From NCBI GenBank assembly GCA_052327205.1, contig CM126207.1, forward strand, positions 257,858,001 to 257,922,000: 64,000 nucleotides of DNA, read 5' to 3'. A model generated the notes under the pieces. The model was not told the origin of the DNA and made no database searches. It saw only the letters and a program-made list of their open reading frames with translations. The stretch is from Somniosus microcephalus (taxonomy: Eukaryota). How positions within the stretch are numbered: the stretch's first letter is position 1; the number at the start of each line of letters is the position of its first letter. Both the position numbers and the translations under genes were made by a program. This document shows, one piece after another, positions 39,245 to 52,194 of this stretch.

Positions 39245-39660
39245 GAACAACAACAACTTGTATTTATATAGCGCCTTTAATGTAGTAATAAGTCACAAGG
39301 CGCTTCACAGGAGTGCTATAAAACAAAATTTGACACCGAGCCACACAAGGAGATATTAGGGCAGATAAGCAAAAGCTTAGTCAAAGAGGTAGGTTTTAAG
39401 GAGCATCTTAAAGGAGGAAAGAGAGGTAGAGAGGCGGAGAGGTTTAGGCAGGGAATTCCAGAGCTTAGAGCCTAGGCAACAGAAGGCACGGCCACCACTG
39501 GCAAAGCGATTAAAATCAGGGATGCTCAAGAGGGCAGAATTAGAGGAGCGCAGATATCTCGGGGGTTTCTGGGGCTGGAGGAGATTACAGTGACAGGGAG
39601 GGGCGAGGCCATGGATGGATTTGAAAACAAGGATGAGAATTTTAAAATCGAGGCGTACAC
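39245..39660 (-). mobile_element. L2 LINE 3' fragment
   Basis: Tail AAAGGCGCTATATAAATACAAGTTGTTGTTG on the minus strand; WNSLP-type text. Similar pieces at 8690-8820 and 49490-49830. Confidence 0.75.
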
Positions 39661-42033
39661 CTGCTTAGATTCTCCCAGACCTGTTTGTTGCTCTGTAAAA
39701 CCACAGACAATTCCTTTCTGTACAACAGTCAACAAAGATGAAATGAAGTAGATGTCATTCGACAACGTTATTCACAAAAGACTATCCATATCCATATCGA
39801 ACAGTGCTAAAAACAGTGAATAGACCAGACCTAGGAAGGGGTTAAAAAAAAGCTGCATTAATAATTCGCAGTTACATTACTATTTATGAGAATATACAGG
39901 TTGTGCTTTGTAAAAATTAAATCTATACATCATTCTACATCATGCTTGAACACACAGTATCTTTTTTTAGGTTTGAAATATTTCCCATCAACTAATATCT
40001 GTAACATGCGTGCTTGGCCTGCTGCCTGTCAGATAAGGATCATCTGCAGCGTGGAGGCATGCATAGTTCGAACTGCTTGCAGTGAGATGGTGCACGCTTG
40101 AACTATGCACAACCCAGCTCCTCCGCTATTACACATGGGGGCACAACCCCTGTGGAGCACATACAAGTCTCCGCTACTAATACAAAAGTTGATCAAACTC
40201 TGATGGAGCCGCCTTCCAGGAGATCCACTCCATCAATTCAGGAAAGAAGAGATAAAGGCAGGAGGGCCCTCCAATGCCCTTCAGACCTAAAACGTTTGTG
40301 TCTGGCAATGGATTTGGAAGACACAAACTCTCAATAGCTGCCCAAACATCACTAAAGAACTCAAACTCTTTCACTCACACCCATTGTCTTATATGAATTG
40401 CATTGAATTTTGACCCACTGGGCCTGGAGTTCCCTGTCAAAAAAAAGCAATAAGAACCTTGATCACATGCAATGCTGCCCCGACTGTATGGATCTGGCTA
40501 TATTCCTGTTTGTATCTATGAATGCTGTGTGATCTTATATATGACGTGAATCATCTAGATAGATAAAACTTTAAAAATGAAAATAACATAAACATTTTGA
40601 GAGAAAACTGTACCTGCTGAAATATCACTTCCTGTAGGATTTTTTAATTTTAAATTCTCCCGATTTAATCTCAGTTCAGAGGGCATGCTGACCTCCACAA
40701 TTCCCCTCGCTGACAAGCCAGGGAGGCACCATACATTCCAGCAGCAATGAAGAGTGAGCTCTGCTCCACCCAGACCGAGCTGAGGCCAATGAAATGCATT
40801 CTCTGGAGTAGCGAAGTGGTTATGTTACTGGAATTAGTAATCCTCAGAGCATGAGTTCGAAATCCCATCACGAGCAGTTTGAAAAAAAAACTCTAGAAAT
40901 AAAAAGCTGTCAGATTGCTGTTAAAAACCCAACTGGCTCACCAATGTCCTTTTAGAATTAAGGAAACCTGCGGTCCTAACCTGTCCGGCCTATACATGAT
41001 TCTGATCCTACACCAATGTGGTTCCTCCTTAATTGTCCTCTGAAGTGGCCTAGCAAGCTATTCAGTTGCATTAAAGTGGTTCAAGAAGGTGGCCCATCAG
41101 CACTTATGTGAGGGCATGGGCAATAAATGCTGTCTTTGCACTAAAATGAATTAAGTCTGTGTGAATATTGTAAAGCCACCCCTTTCTTTTAATTTCTAAC
41201 TCAATTAGAAAAACATATCAAATCACAGGATTTTTTAATTCATTCTGAATCATTTTTTTAAAACCAAAATTTCTGATGTTTCTTTCATTTCATGGGGGGG
41301 CGAGGTGCCGCTTCTTTCATCATGCAAGCGCATCTGCGGACTGACTTTTTTTTTCCATACCTTCTCCCCTATCCTTCCAAAGGCACTAATTTATGCCTTC
41401 TTCCGTTGCCTCATCCAGATGGCCCATCTTCCCGTGGGAGTTTCAGCAGCTATTCAACCAAGGAGGTTATCACAGCTGAGCCGAATCCTTCATTCACACT
41501 CACTTCTCAGCAAGGACCACTGAATATTTTGCCTTCCCTAGCCAGCGTCAGTGAGACTGTTTGCAGAGGCCCTACAATCCGTCTTTTGGATGAGATGTTA
41601 AACCGAGGCCTCGTCTGCCCTCTCAGGTGGACATAAAAGATCCCACAACACTATTCAAAGAAGAGCAGAGTAGTTATCCCTGGTGTCCTGGGCCACTATT
41701 TATCCCACAACTAAATCACTTAAAAAAAAAGCAGATTAACTGGTCATTATTGTAACATTTGCATACTGAATTATCATTGGCCCGCAGGCATCTGTAAGGA
41801 ATACCTATTATATTCACATGTGATCACATGCTGAGTTGTTATTGGCCTGCAGGCATCTGTAAGGACTACTATTGTTTAGAAGACCCAGGGGGTCCTAACT
41901 CCATCTTGTCCACACGGTGCTGTACTGTTGTGAGTCAGAACAAACCTGATGCTTCATTAAAAGAGTTTAAACTGTAATACTCCATTGTCCTGCAATTTAT
42001 TATTTTTGTACAAAGTGTGCAAAACAAGGCATG

Positions 42034-42875
42034 GGGGTCGATTTTGTCAAACCTGTCGGGAAGAAGGCGGGACTTCCCCTTTTGGGTTTCTGACCCGCCT
42101 ACTTCGACGTCTGGCCAATCCACGCGATTTTCCCTTGATTGACCTTGTTAAGCCCACCCAGCGGGCTCAGCAGGCCAATTAAGGGCCACCCGGCAACAGG
42201 TGATGTCACAGACTGCAATTTCATCTGTCAAGATTTCTGACAGATGAAATATCAGTGTCTCACAGCTGTTTGAAGCTGTGAAACACTGACACTCTGATTT
42301 CTAAGCTGAGTCCTTCTACGCAGACTCAGTTAGAAATCTCAGCAGCACTAAAAGCTGCAGGCTGTCACTTTTGACAGATCGCAGCCGTTCAGCTTTAAGT
42401 TCCGGCTGAGTGCTGCACTCCCGACGCCTACAGGAAGAAAGGCTGTTAAGGTAAGTAAAGGTAAGTAAAAGTTCTTTACACACTTTAGACACACCAAACA
42501 CACTTACCTTTACACTCATGCACCCATCACTCACCTGAGCGCTGACATTGCGACCCCTCCAACTCATTCAACCCGACGGCCCGCCGCTCCAACCTGGCGT
42601 GGTTTGGAGCCGTCAGGAAACCCACACGAAACCCCTCAAAATGGGGATTAGGCTAAAAACTGCCTGTTAACTACCTGTTAACAGGCAGTTAATTGGCATT
42701 AATCTCTTCCCGCCTGGTTTCGGCGGGTCCCAGTGCGGGGCGGGTACCCGCTGCCCTTGAAACTTACGTGGGGTGGGGTTTTGGGCGGGATGGTGTCAGG
42801 ACCCCGAAAGTTGGGATTTTCCCCCCCCCCCACACGCCTGAAACCCCGCCTGACGGCTCCCTGAAAATCTAGCCC
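42034..42875. mobile_element. Harbinger-like MITE at the LTR/PBS junction
   Basis: Ends GGGGTCGATTTTG / GAAAATCTAGCCC; TSD ATG (42031-33, 42876-78); shares blocks with 2519-4254. Confidence 0.85.
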
Positions 42876-42899
42876 ATGGTGTCAGAACAGGGATTTGAA

Positions 42900-45800
42900 A
42901 TGGACATCATTGGAGCTCCCTTACCTCGAATGAATTGGGAATCTTTGAACTTACCTAGAGAATGGAGCAAGTTCAAGCAACACGTGGAGTTGATGTTTTC
43001 AGGTCCACTGAAACGCAAAGGGGAGGAAGAAAGATGCAGCTACCTACTCCTGTGGATCGAAGAAAAAGGGAGAGACATTTTTAACACATGGTCTCTCACC
43101 GCGGATGAAGCAAAGGTACTGAAAAGTTATTTTGACCGTTTTGAATCATATGTGATGCCCAAGACAAATACGATATTCGCTAGGTACAAGTTTCAGGAGA
43201 AAGTACAACGAGCTAGTGAGTCATTTGAACAGTTCGTGACTGAGTTAAAACTGCTGTTAAAAGACTGTGGCCTAGAAATTCAGTTGGCGCCGCACCAGGG
43301 CTTTAGCGCCGGAAATTTAGCGCCGGCGCTAAGTCCCCCTGCGCGCGCCAAAAATTCAGTAGCGCCGCGCCCAAACGGCTGCCGGCGCTACAGGAGGGTG
43401 TCAGCGCCTCGAAATGGGCGCTGACTGCCGCATTGCGGCGCAATTCCGGCGCTGCGGCACCCGATGCGGTGCGGCAGGCTGGGGAAGTGCAGGCCTCCTC
43501 CTTCAGTTAAGGAGGAGCTGCCTGCACCCGCCCGCTGGCCGTTGAAATCTTGAAAAAAATGAGCCCGGCACCTTGGAGAAGTGCCGGGCTCGCAGGCCAG
43601 ACGCATCTGTTCCGCGGGGGGGGGTGGAGGAGTCCGGGGAGGGAGGTGCGGGCAGGCGGCCGGCGGGAAAGCGGCCGGCCGCCGCGCGACCTTAATGCGC
43701 CGGCGCTAACTCGCGTAGGACTCTGCTGAAATATCGTTAGTTGCGGCTGCCACGGGCGAGGCGGCCGCAACTCAATTTCGGCGTTGGGGCCCGTCACCAC
43801 GGCAACCGGGACGCTGCGCACACCGATGACGTCATCGGTGCCGGCGCAGCGCAACCGGTCTAACGCCGATGGCGGGGCCCCACTGAATTTACAAACCGGC
43901 CATAACTCCGGCGCTAGGCCCTCTAGCGCCTCAAATGGGGCGCTAACCCTACTGAATTTTCAGCCCTGTGTATATGCAGATAAAGATGAGATGGTCAGAG
44001 ACCGCACGTGTTTGGAATACATTCAGCTAAAGTGAGAGAGAAACTTTTGAATGTTGGGTCCGGGCTAATGCTGGACAAAGCTATGGACATAGCTAGATCG
44101 CACGAGATAGCCCAAGCACAGTTGAAAACCATAACCATCGCCACGAGCAGCTCGAGTGAACAGACAGTGCACACAGTTAATAGACACACTCCAAAGAACA
44201 CTGTCCAGAGAGCGTGTTTAAGAACAGCGAGAGTTCTAAAAATGGGCGACACAGACATAAAATGCTTCAAAAACTGTGGATATTGTGGAAACAACTGGCA
44301 TGGAGAAAAGGAGTACTGCCCTGCCAAAGGAAGGCAATGTACTAAATGTGGTAAACGGAACCACTTTGCTAAAGTTTGCAGGACTGTTTTCGGAAAAACA
44401 GTACACACAGTGAGTGACAGCCAAATGCCAGATAGAGAGCCAAATGCAGAGGAACTGTTTATTGATTCTGTGTCACAGAAAAAACAGATTTCAGAGACTG
44501 AGCAAGCCTATGCCGATATTGAGATAGGAAAACAGGGCAAAGAGCTTAAGTTTAAACTAGACACTGGATCTCAGGTTAACGTAATTCCTCTGAGTGAGTA
44601 TCACAGCTTGAAGGATGAGTGTGAGCTACAGCCCACCTCACGCAGACTGACCGGCTATGGGGGTGAGCAGCTCATTGTAAAAGGCACATGCGTGATGAAA
44701 TGTAAGTACAAAGAAAGCGACATGATGTTGGACTTTTACATTATTGACACTCGAGCACCTCCAGTGCTAGGTCTAAAGGCATGTTTAGACATGGACCTCA
44801 TCAAGCTAGTACTATCATTGACAGCACCAGTTGATAAGCAGACAGTCATGGAGGAGTTTGCTGACATTTTCAAAGGAATCGGACTATTCCCAGGTGAATG
44901 CACTATTCACCTTGACCCAGCAGCAACCCCTGTGGTTTGCCCACCGAGAAGGATACCCCTTGCTCTACATAGTCGCCTGAAGGAGGAGCTGCAGAGCATG
45001 GAGAATACAGAAATCATCGTCCGGGAAACAGAACCGACAGAGTGGGTCAACGCGTTAGTAGCGGTTGAGAAACCACGTACAGGCAAGCTCAGAGTCTGTC
45101 TCGACCCCAGAGATTTGAACAAGTCTATCAAATGCCCTCACTACCCTCTACCAACGCTAGATGACATCACACCCAAGCTAGTGGGAGCATGTTACTTCAG
45201 TGTAATGGATGCACGATCAGGATATTGGAATATCAAGCTCACGGAAGAGTCATCTAAGCTAACAACGTTCAACACACCATTTGGACGCTACCGATTTCTG
45301 CATTTACCATTTGGTCTTATCTCAGCTCAGGATGAATTCCAGCGGAAGATCGACGAAACCTATGAAGGCCTCGACGGAGTAGTCACAATCGTAGACGACA
45401 TCCTCATCTATAGCAGGAATAGAGAGGAACATGACAGGAATCTCCGTGCGATGCTACAAAGATCACGGGAGAAAGGTATCCGGCTCAACCCCGAGAAAAG
45501 CATAATCGGATCCACCGAGATCAGTTATTTCAGGCATCGTCTCTCAACTGATGGCATTAAGCCGGATCCAGAGAAAATCTCCGCCATCAAAAAGATGGAG
45601 CCACCGAAGAACCGCGCAGAGCTAGAGACAGTACTAGGCATGGTTAACTACTTAGCCAAGTTTGCCCCGAGCCTCTCCGAAATCAACGCACCCATGCATC
45701 AGTTGCTCAAACAACCCAATGAGTTCCTGTGGGACAAACAACATGACACAGCATTTCAGAAAATGAAAGACCTAATCACCAGAGAACCAGGGCCAGTTCC

Positions 45801-46985
45801 TGCCTACTTCGACCCCAACAAAGAGCTCAGACTACAAGTGGACGCGTCAAAGTACGGACTAGGCGCAGTATTACTGCAAGAAGGAAAGCCCATTGGCTAC
45901 ACTTCCAGATCTCTCTCAGACAGTGAAATCAACTATGCTCAAATCGAGAAAGAGCTATATGCAATTCTGTTTGGATGCAAGCGTTTCCACCAGTACGTCT
46001 ATGGCCAACAGGTCATTGTGGAATCCGACCACAAGCCCCTCGAGTCAATCATGAGGAAACCACTAGCCGCAGCCCCACCAAGGCTACAGAGAATGATCCT
46101 TCAGCTACAGCAGTATGACTTCACAATCATTCACCGTCCAGGCAAAGACATTCCTGTCGCAGACACGCTCTCCAGAAAGTCTCTTAGCTACCAGGACAGC
46201 AGCCTCAGTGAAGGCATGGATGTGCAAGTGCACATGGTGTACAACAGCTTACCTGTGAGTGACTCAAAACTGAAGGAGATCCGAGCAGAAACAGAAAGAT
46301 GCACAACTCACACTGCTGAGCAAAGTCATACATGAAGGATGGCCTGAGGAAAGGAGGAAATGCCCTCAGAGCATATCTGAATTCTGGAACCACAGAGATG
46401 AACTGTCACAAATCAATGGAATCGTCTTCAAAGTGGAGAAAATCATCATTCCTACCAGTCTCAGAGAAGAGATGTTGACAAAAATTCATGCTGGACATAT
46501 GGGCATGGAAAAATGCAAACAAAGAGCACGTGACATTATGTTTTGGCCCGGAATGTACAGAGCACATTAAGGACATTGTCGGAAAATGTTCCATTTGTCT
46601 AGAACGCCACCCATCAAATGTCAAAGAGCCAATGATACCTCACCATATCCCAGACAGGCCCTGGCAGGTCGTCAGCTGCAAGCAAGTGCATGCAAAACAT
46701 GTACAGAGACAGCAACACCAAAAGAGATACTATGACAGGTCAGCTAGACTACTGCCGCCGCTGCACAATGGAGAATCCATCAGAATCCAGGAGCATGACT
46801 ACTGGAAGCCAGCAGTCGTCATCCAGCCAGCTGATACTGAGCGATCTTATCATGTCCGCACCCCAGAAGGACAGGTGTACCACCGCAATCGCAGGCACCT
46901 CCTGAACACCAAAGAACAACACCGTCATTCCGACGAGAGGATCAGTTCCATACCACACAAGGTCAGGATGAGAGGTCAAGCCTAG
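42900..46985 (+). pseudogene. gag-pol: gag-pol of Gypsy D
   Basis: gag 42900-43268 resumes at 43967; CCHC, LDTGS, IVDD, VDAS, SDHKPL; the integrase zinc finger is present but the DDE core is absent. Confidence 0.92.
43269..43966. mobile_element. GC-rich Harbinger-like MITE in gag
   Basis: Ends GGCCTAGAAATTCAGT / ACTGAATTTTCAGCCC; TSD TGT; removal restores ..LKDCVYADKDEMVRDR. Confidence 0.9.
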
Positions 46986-48485
46986 AGTTATCCTTGACTT
47001 GTGAACTGCCAAAGGGTGTAGGCGGATCGCTGCCCTAAAAAAACTGTACATTGTTATTGAAATGTTGAGATGTTTTCAGTGCTAGTTAAATGTTGAGTTT
47101 ACTTATATGTTGATGCTACTGAGAACATTATGTAGAAGAAAGGTTCAAAAGTAATGCATAACATTTTTCTTTTAAAAGCAAGGGGATGTAACATTTGCAT
47201 ACTGAATTATCATTGGCCCGCAGGCCAGGAATACCTATTATATTCACATGTGATCACATGCTGAGTTGTCATTGGCCTGCAGGCATCTGTAAGGACTGCT
47301 ATTGTTTAGAAGACCCAGGGGGTCCTAACTCCATCTTGTCCACACGGTGCTGTACTGTTGTGAGTCAGAACAAACCTGATGCTTCATTAAAAGAGTTTAA
47401 ACTGTAATACTCCGTTGTCCTGCAATTTATTATTTTTGTACAAAGTGTGCAAAACAAGACAATTATTACATTGCTGTTTGTGGGAGCTTGCTGTGTGCAA
47501 ATTGGCTGCATGTTTCCTGCATTACAACAGTCACTGTACTTCAAAAAGTACCTCATTGGCTGTGAAGCGCTTTGGGACATTCTGGGGTAATGAAAGGTGC
47601 TATATAAATGCAAGTTATTTCTTATCTTTACAATTGAGATGCCTGTGGATTGTATCTCTGTCCTGATCAATAAGGGTTTTGTTCTTATCTGGGCTGGGAT
47701 TTGGAAAGGGAACTAACTTAGGACGAGAAAAGAAAATAGTATAAGAAATTAGAAAATAAAATTTAAAAAATAGTATTTTCAGTTTATTCATTTTTACCAA
47801 CAAGATTTGTCAAAGCAGATGTTAAACATTAATGGAAATACTTTTAGGTTGAAATTGGCAGGAGGTACTAACCACAAAAAGAGAACCCTTCACTCCCACA
47901 TCAAATTATAATCAACTCGGAGGCATTCATAAGCCCTGAATATTTCAGCACATGTGCGCTGTACTTTTTTGCAGCGTAAACCCTCCTATTTTGTCTGAAG
48001 ACATTTCTTTTTTCTCAATGGACTCTTTTACTCTTAATTGTAGCATGGAAAAAAAATAACTCGTCCAAAGCGCTCTTATTTATAAAAATAAAATGCATTT
48101 CATTGGGACTAAATAGACTGACAGTTTAAGAAGCAAGATGAACAATTTGCAAAATTTTAATTCATTCATGTGCCAGTTGACTGCATCATGTATATTGAAG
48201 CAACAAAAAAACAGACTTACGAGGGAAATAAAAATGACTTTTTTTTGTGGAGTGTTTTAGCTCTATTTTTTAGCAATTTACAGGGCACATTTTGTAAAGG
48301 TTGGAATGTGTATTGTAAATTTGATGGCTGATAAGGTTTCAGTAATATAGTTGAGGTAGACCAGTCATAACACCTCTTTTAGTGGCGTACCACATAGTTT
48401 TCATACCAGCTATCAAGCCACATTATTCGGTTATGTATTTTATACTGAGCATATGAATTTGATGACAGCGAGGGCTTTTCATAAT

Positions 48486-49232
48486 GGCTGGGATTTTGCG
48501 GTCAGCGGTGAAGTGACAGCGCTCACCCGCTGCCCTCGCAGAAAGCTGCCCACAAAGATCCAGCAATCTCTGTGGCATCGATTTCACCTCTCCCCATGTT
48601 AATTTCATTCTGGCGCCAAGTCTAGGGGATTTCCAGTGGCCAGCAACATCAAGCTGGCTAAGCAGCCAATCATATTGAAGAATTCTCACAGACAGCAAAC
48701 CAGGAAGTAAAATGCACTGATTATCCTTCACTTTTTCATCATTTTACAGAGAGCAAAATAAAGATTGGGACATGCACATGGGATTAAGGTAGAAGCTGAA
48801 ATATCATACACAAACTTTAAAAAAGAATTATTATTTAAAAAAATCATAGAATTTTTATCAAACATTTGACTTTCCACAAATATAAAATTTGTTTTTCAAG
48901 GCCAGTTTTTCAGCAGCAATTATGACTCAGTACACCATTAAAAATCCAGTTACACCTCATTCAACAAGGCTTAGCTTTTTCGGGCATTTTTAAGAGCGAT
49001 ATTCCAGCGTAAAAGCTTAAGTTCTCATCAGTTCAGTGATTTCAATTGATTGCTGGCTGTGGTGAGTTCAACTCTGCACCCTATGGATGAGCAGGGAATG
49101 ACTGACAGTAACTTCTGGATTTCTGCGTTTAACTGCGCATGCCTGTACTCCAGAAGTTGCTGTCAGATTCATAGTTATCATGATGGTGATCGCTGACAGT
49201 TTCGCTGTTATTACAACCGCAAATTCCGGGCC
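48486..49232. mobile_element. Harbinger-like MITE
   Basis: TIR GGCTGGGATTTTGCGGT / ACCGCAAATTCCGGGCC; flanks AAT/AAA; sister of 13395-14115. Confidence 0.75.
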
Positions 49233-49871
49233 AAAATAAAATCATTGCAGTGATGCCACAATCATGTCTCAATCAAGCTTTTAACTTTTCCCTGCCCAAA
49301 GCTGGTACAAGTAAAACACGCTAGATACTGACAGAGTGGGTGAGTGCAGCATTACACATTAGCATAACTGGCATTGCTTGGAGTCTGTATACAGGGTGTC
49401 CATAACTGCAGCCACTCAGTAAACCTCAGTACTACAATCTGCTATATATATTATACCTTGTGCACTCTATACACTGAGCTTCCAATGTTCCCTGCCTACC
49501 AATGCATTGAATCGAAAATGCAGATTATCATTTACAAATCTCTCAGTGAACTTGTCCACCTTACCTCTGTAATCTCTCTCAGCTCGACATCCCAGCCTTC
49601 AGTCTCTGTATCCCCCCCCCCCCCCACTTCCCACTCCACCACTGGCGACAGAGCCTTTAGCCATCTCAGTCGCACTCTTTGGAACCTACTCACTTAATAT
49701 TTATGCCTTCCTACTTTCTCCCTGCCTTTAAAAGTTTTTGTGACCATGGTTTGGGCCATCTCGCCGAACAGGTCCACTGCAACTTGGTGTCTATTTTCAC
49801 TTATGAGATGATTTCTATGTTAAAGGTACTGGACAAACACCAATTGTAGTCGTTATCATGTTGTTGGAATG

Positions 49872-50591
49872 CAGTGGTTCTTAAACTCTCTAGGTTGAAG
49901 GACCCCTTTTCAAATCGATTAGTAATCACGGACCCCCCATCTGAATTATAATACTGTATAATACTCATAATATGAAAGTGCTGCATGAAAAGAGTGTTGT
50001 AATAATGCTTTTAAGAAAACAGGCATTTACTTACCAATCTCAGTGAGATGGGTGTGACTGCCTCTCACACCAATTCTGGCCACTCCACAGCATCCGATGG
50101 CCATTATTAGCCACTTAGTGCTGGACAATTTCTAAAGCCGTCAGCAGGCTGGCCAAGGTGAGCGAGTGAGGGCACGAGCACCCGTGCACATGCTGGGATG
50201 CTGCTGGAAGCGCGACTCACCGCCACACTGTCCCACTGGCATGATCTGTAACAGCTGCACTGCGGGATTGTACGGGTTTGCGTGAACACGTTCAGGTACG
50301 TGTTTGAAGGGCCCCCGCAGGCGCTCTGATGGCGTGTCGGGAGGATGGCGCAGGGTCGTGGCACCAGGGAGAGGAAGCGGCTCGACCGGCGGCGAGGGCT
50401 GGCTGCAACGTGAGCGAGAGCTGCAGGCCTCTGTGAGGAGGCGGGCCCGGCCGTTGAGAATAATTCGCAAGAACTGAATCCGTGTCGGTTTTATAAAAAG
50501 GAGCAGGCTGGAAATGACCTACGGTCGCTGACCCCCTGGAGCGTCTCTATGGACCCCCCGAGGCCCACAGACCCCACTTGGAGAAACACTG
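49872..50591. mobile_element. hAT-like non-autonomous DNA transposon
   Basis: Ends CAGTGGTTCTTAAAC / CTTGGAGAAACACTG; 8-bp flanks only partly match (TTGGAATG/TTGTAACT); GC-rich interior. Confidence 0.55.
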
Positions 50592-52194
50592 TTGTAACTT
50601 GTGTCAATGTGTTGTAACCATGGGAACAATTAGAATAAAACTTTTTTTTTTAATCCATGGAAATTGCTCCTCCTATGACTCAGTTACCCAGTGATTGTTG
50701 AACCAGTCAGACTAGCTAGCTTCCAGGTTCAATCCCAGTCAGTGCTAAGCTGGTCGATATCAGCTGTGGTGGTGATAGGCATGCTCCAATAGGCCTCAAC
50801 GCCTATAGGTTATGGAGAGGAAAACACGGCTGGCCTTCTCATTCTTAATCGGCGGCCACCGACCATTGCAGGCCTTCTTCTGTTACCTCTTCAGGTGTGA
50901 GCTCAGAAAGTATATGTCAACTGGCTATTCGACCGTAGAGGGCATCACAGCCTAGTACGATCCGGACCCCACACCCGTACTTCCCAGTAGTGATCACAGG
51001 GTAGCAATTAGGAGTGGGACAGCTGGCTGATTTTTCTCCTGCCTTGCCTGGGGGCGCGAAGGCCAAGTATAGAATCTCAACTGCTGGTCCCTGACTGCAA
51101 CCTGCTAACCCCCAGCACATACCGGGGGCCAGCAGATCCTTCTAATTTCCCAGCTATTTTTGTTTTACTTTTCACAGAGCAAAATTCATGGTGCAGGTTA
51201 AGAAGGGAACCGTGCACCAGTTAAATCTCAGTGCGCATTTTACATGAGGGTTTGTTTGAACAGCAGAATGTCACTTTTGTAGGGAGGGGACATGATGACA
51301 CTTTCTTGGTAGTGTAGAGCCGCACATGTGTCATGTTCGTCAAATGTCCAGCTCATGAATAATACAAAGCAATTTAAAAATTATACAGAACTATAATTTA
51401 TTAAATTGCTGATATTGTTCCCGCAGTGTATTTTCCGCTGACTTAGATTTTTCTAAAATGATAATTTTATCTATCTTCTTTGCTTAGCATCTGGGGAACC
51501 TCATGTATATTTGCCAGTTGTCAACACCTTCCCGTAGCTCACACGGTCAGTCACTCCCCCTCCCCTTCTCCACCCCCATCAAAGTCAGCTTGCGCCCGAC
51601 TCCACATTCATGCATTGTCGGAAATGTGAAAGAAGCCTGCTGGCTGGAAGAAGTTTGCTCCTAATAGGCCAATTAGGCTTTGTTCAGCAAATTATGTACG
51701 ACCTGTTGCCAGTGAGGCACTTTTTGCACATCGCTGGTTTTTGGCTCCGCCTTGCAGAGGGTTTGTGGTGAATGTCTCCTGTCACCTCATTAATGCCCAC
51801 AGTGTGAAATATTGGTGCCCGTGGGAGATTCTGTGGAATCTATGGAGACTAATCTTTCTCTGTGTGTGTTTACTGTCAGGAAGCCTATACCTCAGCAAAT
51901 TCTTGCCTTGTCTCTTTTCATTAACACCATTCCTCTCAACTCAAGCTATATTGATCCCATATGGTGTTGTCAGAAGATGCTATTTATCAAAGCCTCAGAA
52001 GCATCGCCAGCAGGGCAACACTTGCTGGTAAATAACTACATACTTAATCTAAACAAACAATCTGAAGTTATAATTGTGGTGTAAGATATTTCTGTTTGAT
52101 CACCTAATTAAAATGGTGTTCATTTCTCCTCAAAAGGAGATTTTTAGAAACATTTGCTGTCTGTCAGGGTGATTGAGGCATTTCTTTTCACATT

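Larger units (their letters stand above)
41751..47461 (+). mobile_element. Ty3/Gypsy LTR retrotransposon D with two nested MITEs and an integrase deletion
   Basis: LTRs 41751-42031 and 47187-47461; TSD ATTAT; PBS TGGTGTCAGAA (tRNA-Leu-like) displaced to 42877; PPT 47174-47186; inserted in a SINE (41580-41750, 47467-47616). Confidence 0.95.
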
